The position numbers were made by a program, and so were the translations under genes. From positions 24,428,001 to 24,492,000 of the forward strand of contig NC_083230.1 in the NCBI RefSeq assembly GCF_032191835.1: a stretch of 64,000 nt of DNA. Reading direction: 5' to 3'. The notes under the pieces were generated by a model. The model saw only the letters and a program-made list of their open reading frames with translations. It searched no databases and was not told where the DNA came from. Source of the stretch: Heteronotia binoei. Taxonomy: Eukaryota. Below are positions 61,732 through 64,000 of this stretch, one piece after another (positions within the stretch are counted from its first letter, which is position 1; every line of letters begins with the position of its first letter).

Positions 61732-62987
61732 TCTTCGTGACACTATAGTGGTGGGACTTAGCTCTTCATATTTTTGCTGCTGTATGCAGTAATTTGGTAT
61801 ATATACCTATGTGGCAGGTGATAGGAAGGGTACGAAAATAAAAATCTAAAGTGATTATTGATAAGGAGCAGGGTAGGATTAGAGTTATTTTGGCAGCAGC
61901 ATAAGGACGCCTTAAGTATATGTGAAATATGTCTGTGGTTAGCTAGCTAGCAAAACTGATGTTACAACATGTAGCTTAAAGGAACAGAAGTAGATGTATT
62001 GCGACCCAAGAGAATGGATTCTTGGAGTCTTTTTACTGAACAGGATTGCAAACAGTGTTCCCATGTGTGGAAAGTACCGAAAAGTCCCACTTGTATTGTG
62101 ATGCATTTCTAGTTTGTGACGTGTTGCCAGTTTATGATGCGTTTCCAGTTTATCTGATTTTGCTGATGTATAACTTTAACACAGTATAAAAGCTGGTGTC
62201 TTGCCTGTAATTGTCATCAGACCCACAGCTTTTGGCATGAGCCACTTGGCCCTGATCCATGCGCGTGTTACTTAAATATAGAAAAGGCTGTTTTCCTGAT
62301 CTTGCCTCAGGCCTCATCTGTCACTGAACCAACCGTTAACTGCTTATTGCAGGAATTTCCTGCTACACCTATAGAATAGGCATAGTTCATAAAAATGGCT
62401 TTCTTCGCTGCGTCATTTATAAGAAGAATTCTGAAAAATAGCAATACCTGTTTCATCACAGGAATGAACTGGATTCATTCGAGCTGTAAGATAATGTTGT
62501 TATTCAAAATCAAGAAGAAGGTTCTGTAAAGCAGTAGTTAGGATTTCACAAAAATATGAATTCGTATTTTTTAATTTACTTTCATGCCACTTAGCAATAG
62601 AGAGTTAGTTTCAGCTCTCTGTCCTCAGCTCTATAATCTCAATTTCAATTGAGGGTGGCCAGGTTTGGAAGAACTCCCAAGCTGTGTGTTTAAAAAATAA
62701 TAATTTTGGAAGTATGAGGGTTGGATCTACACTGCCGTTTCTGTGGATGAAGCTCAGTCACAAGGACTTACATCCGCAAAACAAGAGTGTGGGTCCAGGC
62801 CATTCACTACACACATTCTACAAAGAACAAAGTACCATAAATTGTTAGTACCGTAGTGTTTGTATTTTTAAATACCAGGTTCAAGTAATACTTTGCTGAG
62901 CTAATGTATTTTCTCTCCTTATACAATATGAAGTCTCTGTGTAGAGAAAGTATTTTATGCTTCCTATCTTGTTTGAATTGAAATAAT

Positions 62988-63170
62988 CAGGGCATTTTTT
63001 GTTGCGGGAACTCCTCTACATATTAGGCTACACACCTCTGATGTAGCCAATCCTCCAAGAGCTTACAGAGCTCTTAGTACAGGGTCTACTGTAAGCTCCA
63101 GGAGGATTGGCTACATCAGGGGTGTGTGGCCTAATATGCAAAGAAGTTCCTGCTACAAAAAAAAGACCTG
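62988..63170. mobile_element. Palindromic hAT MITE (183 bp)
   Basis: About 75-bp imperfect inverted arms, CAGGGC-T-run / A-run-GACCTG ends; no TSD. Confidence 0.75.
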
Positions 63171-63799
63171 GTTCAAGTAACCTTGTACTTATTCACAGCT
63201 GCAAATGTTCGCTACCACTGTTTTTTCCTAGTTTTGAAAAGCAATTGAATTTCAGTTTATATTTTTATAGATCTTGTGTAACTTGCTAGTGTGCAGTTTC
63301 TTGACCTTATTTCATTAAAAGTAGATAGGCGGCAGTGCATGAGCTTAAAACCAACTGTCAGATGTTGATGCTAAAATTTCTTTTCCTATCTATTCTTTGT
63401 ACCTGCTCTCTGGCAGATTTGCTGTACTTTGATATTGTTTGCGAGGATATGTGATAATTTCCAAAGCTAAATTAATTCAGAGTTTCATGCTTATTAGGCT
63501 AAATTTCTTAGGACTATTCCTGTGAGAAGAATATATTTTAACATACTGTTTAAATCTCCATAAAGTAGCTTGTTTACCATTCTGTTTTGAGGTTTCAGAT
63601 TCATTTCAGCTGCTGTTGTTAATACCAATTGTTTTTAATCATTTAATTTTCTTCAAAATGAAGGAAGTATCAGTAAATAATAATAACTTTCTCTTTCTCT
63701 CTCTCCCCCCCTCTCTCTCCACCACACACATAAGTGTACACACACACACGAGAGAGAGGAATTGCTTAAGATTTTTTAATACTTAATCTTTCTTTAAGG

Positions 63800-64000
63800 T
63801 TTATATCACATTGGATTAAATAATACTGAAGATGCTTTGCAGTGTTGGGACTGCAAATGGGAAAACAGCTACATCAACCCAATGGGAAAACATATGGGAA
63901 AGTGAAGCTTACCGTACCAACTCCATCAACATATTCTAACAAAACTATAAAATAATATCAAGGTGGTACCGCACCCCTCAACATTTTGCCCATATTGATC
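63800..64000 (+). mobile_element. L1-type ORF2 fragment (zf-RVT region), runs off the window
   Basis: QWENIWESEAYRTNSINIF*QNYKIISRWYRTP. Confidence 0.65.

Noticed and set aside
63395-63460. Acceptor-like CTCTCTGGCAG|AT giving a Asp codon in phase 1
   Set aside because: Reads DLLYFDIVCEDM*, not POT1 exon 7
1-64000. Telomeric (TTAGGG)n arrays, intact tRNA/5S genes, CRISPR arrays or prokaryotic systems
   Set aside because: Only isolated hexamers; tRNA- and 5S-like segments are SINE heads; no regularly spaced repeat-spacer array; sequence is vertebrate

Overview
Vertebrate genomic DNA from a squamate reptile. The SINE, L2 and hAT repertoire points to a gecko (inference). The one host gene I can support is the 5' part of POT1 (protection of telomeres 1) on the + strand. 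It has a CpG-island promoter at about 21.2-22.2 kb and six coding exons (21732-21851, 27688-27760, 28830-28921, 46134-46238, 48291-48335, 49744-49858). These splice in frame to 183 codons. The first 145 codons encode an N-terminal extension (predicted extra OB fold) that human POT1 lacks, and exon 6 is the start of OB1. The next POT1 exon was not found and probably lies beyond the window. The rest is intergenic or intronic and TE-rich. It includes a full-length decayed hAT (Buster/Charlie-type) transposon with a nested solo LTR and many non-autonomous hAT elements with 8-bp TSDs. It also includes a 287-bp palindromic MITE, tRNA- and 5S-derived SINEs, and L2, L1, CR1, Vingi and Penelope fragments. 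The most interesting signals are the OB-N exon architecture and its possible regulation (uORFs, tandem donor, phase-0 modules, inverted SINE pairs), a rearranged LINE cluster suggesting an intronic inversion, and a Penelope hammerhead motif. No prokaryotic-type system or CRISPR array is present. All calls come from manual reading; no searches were run.
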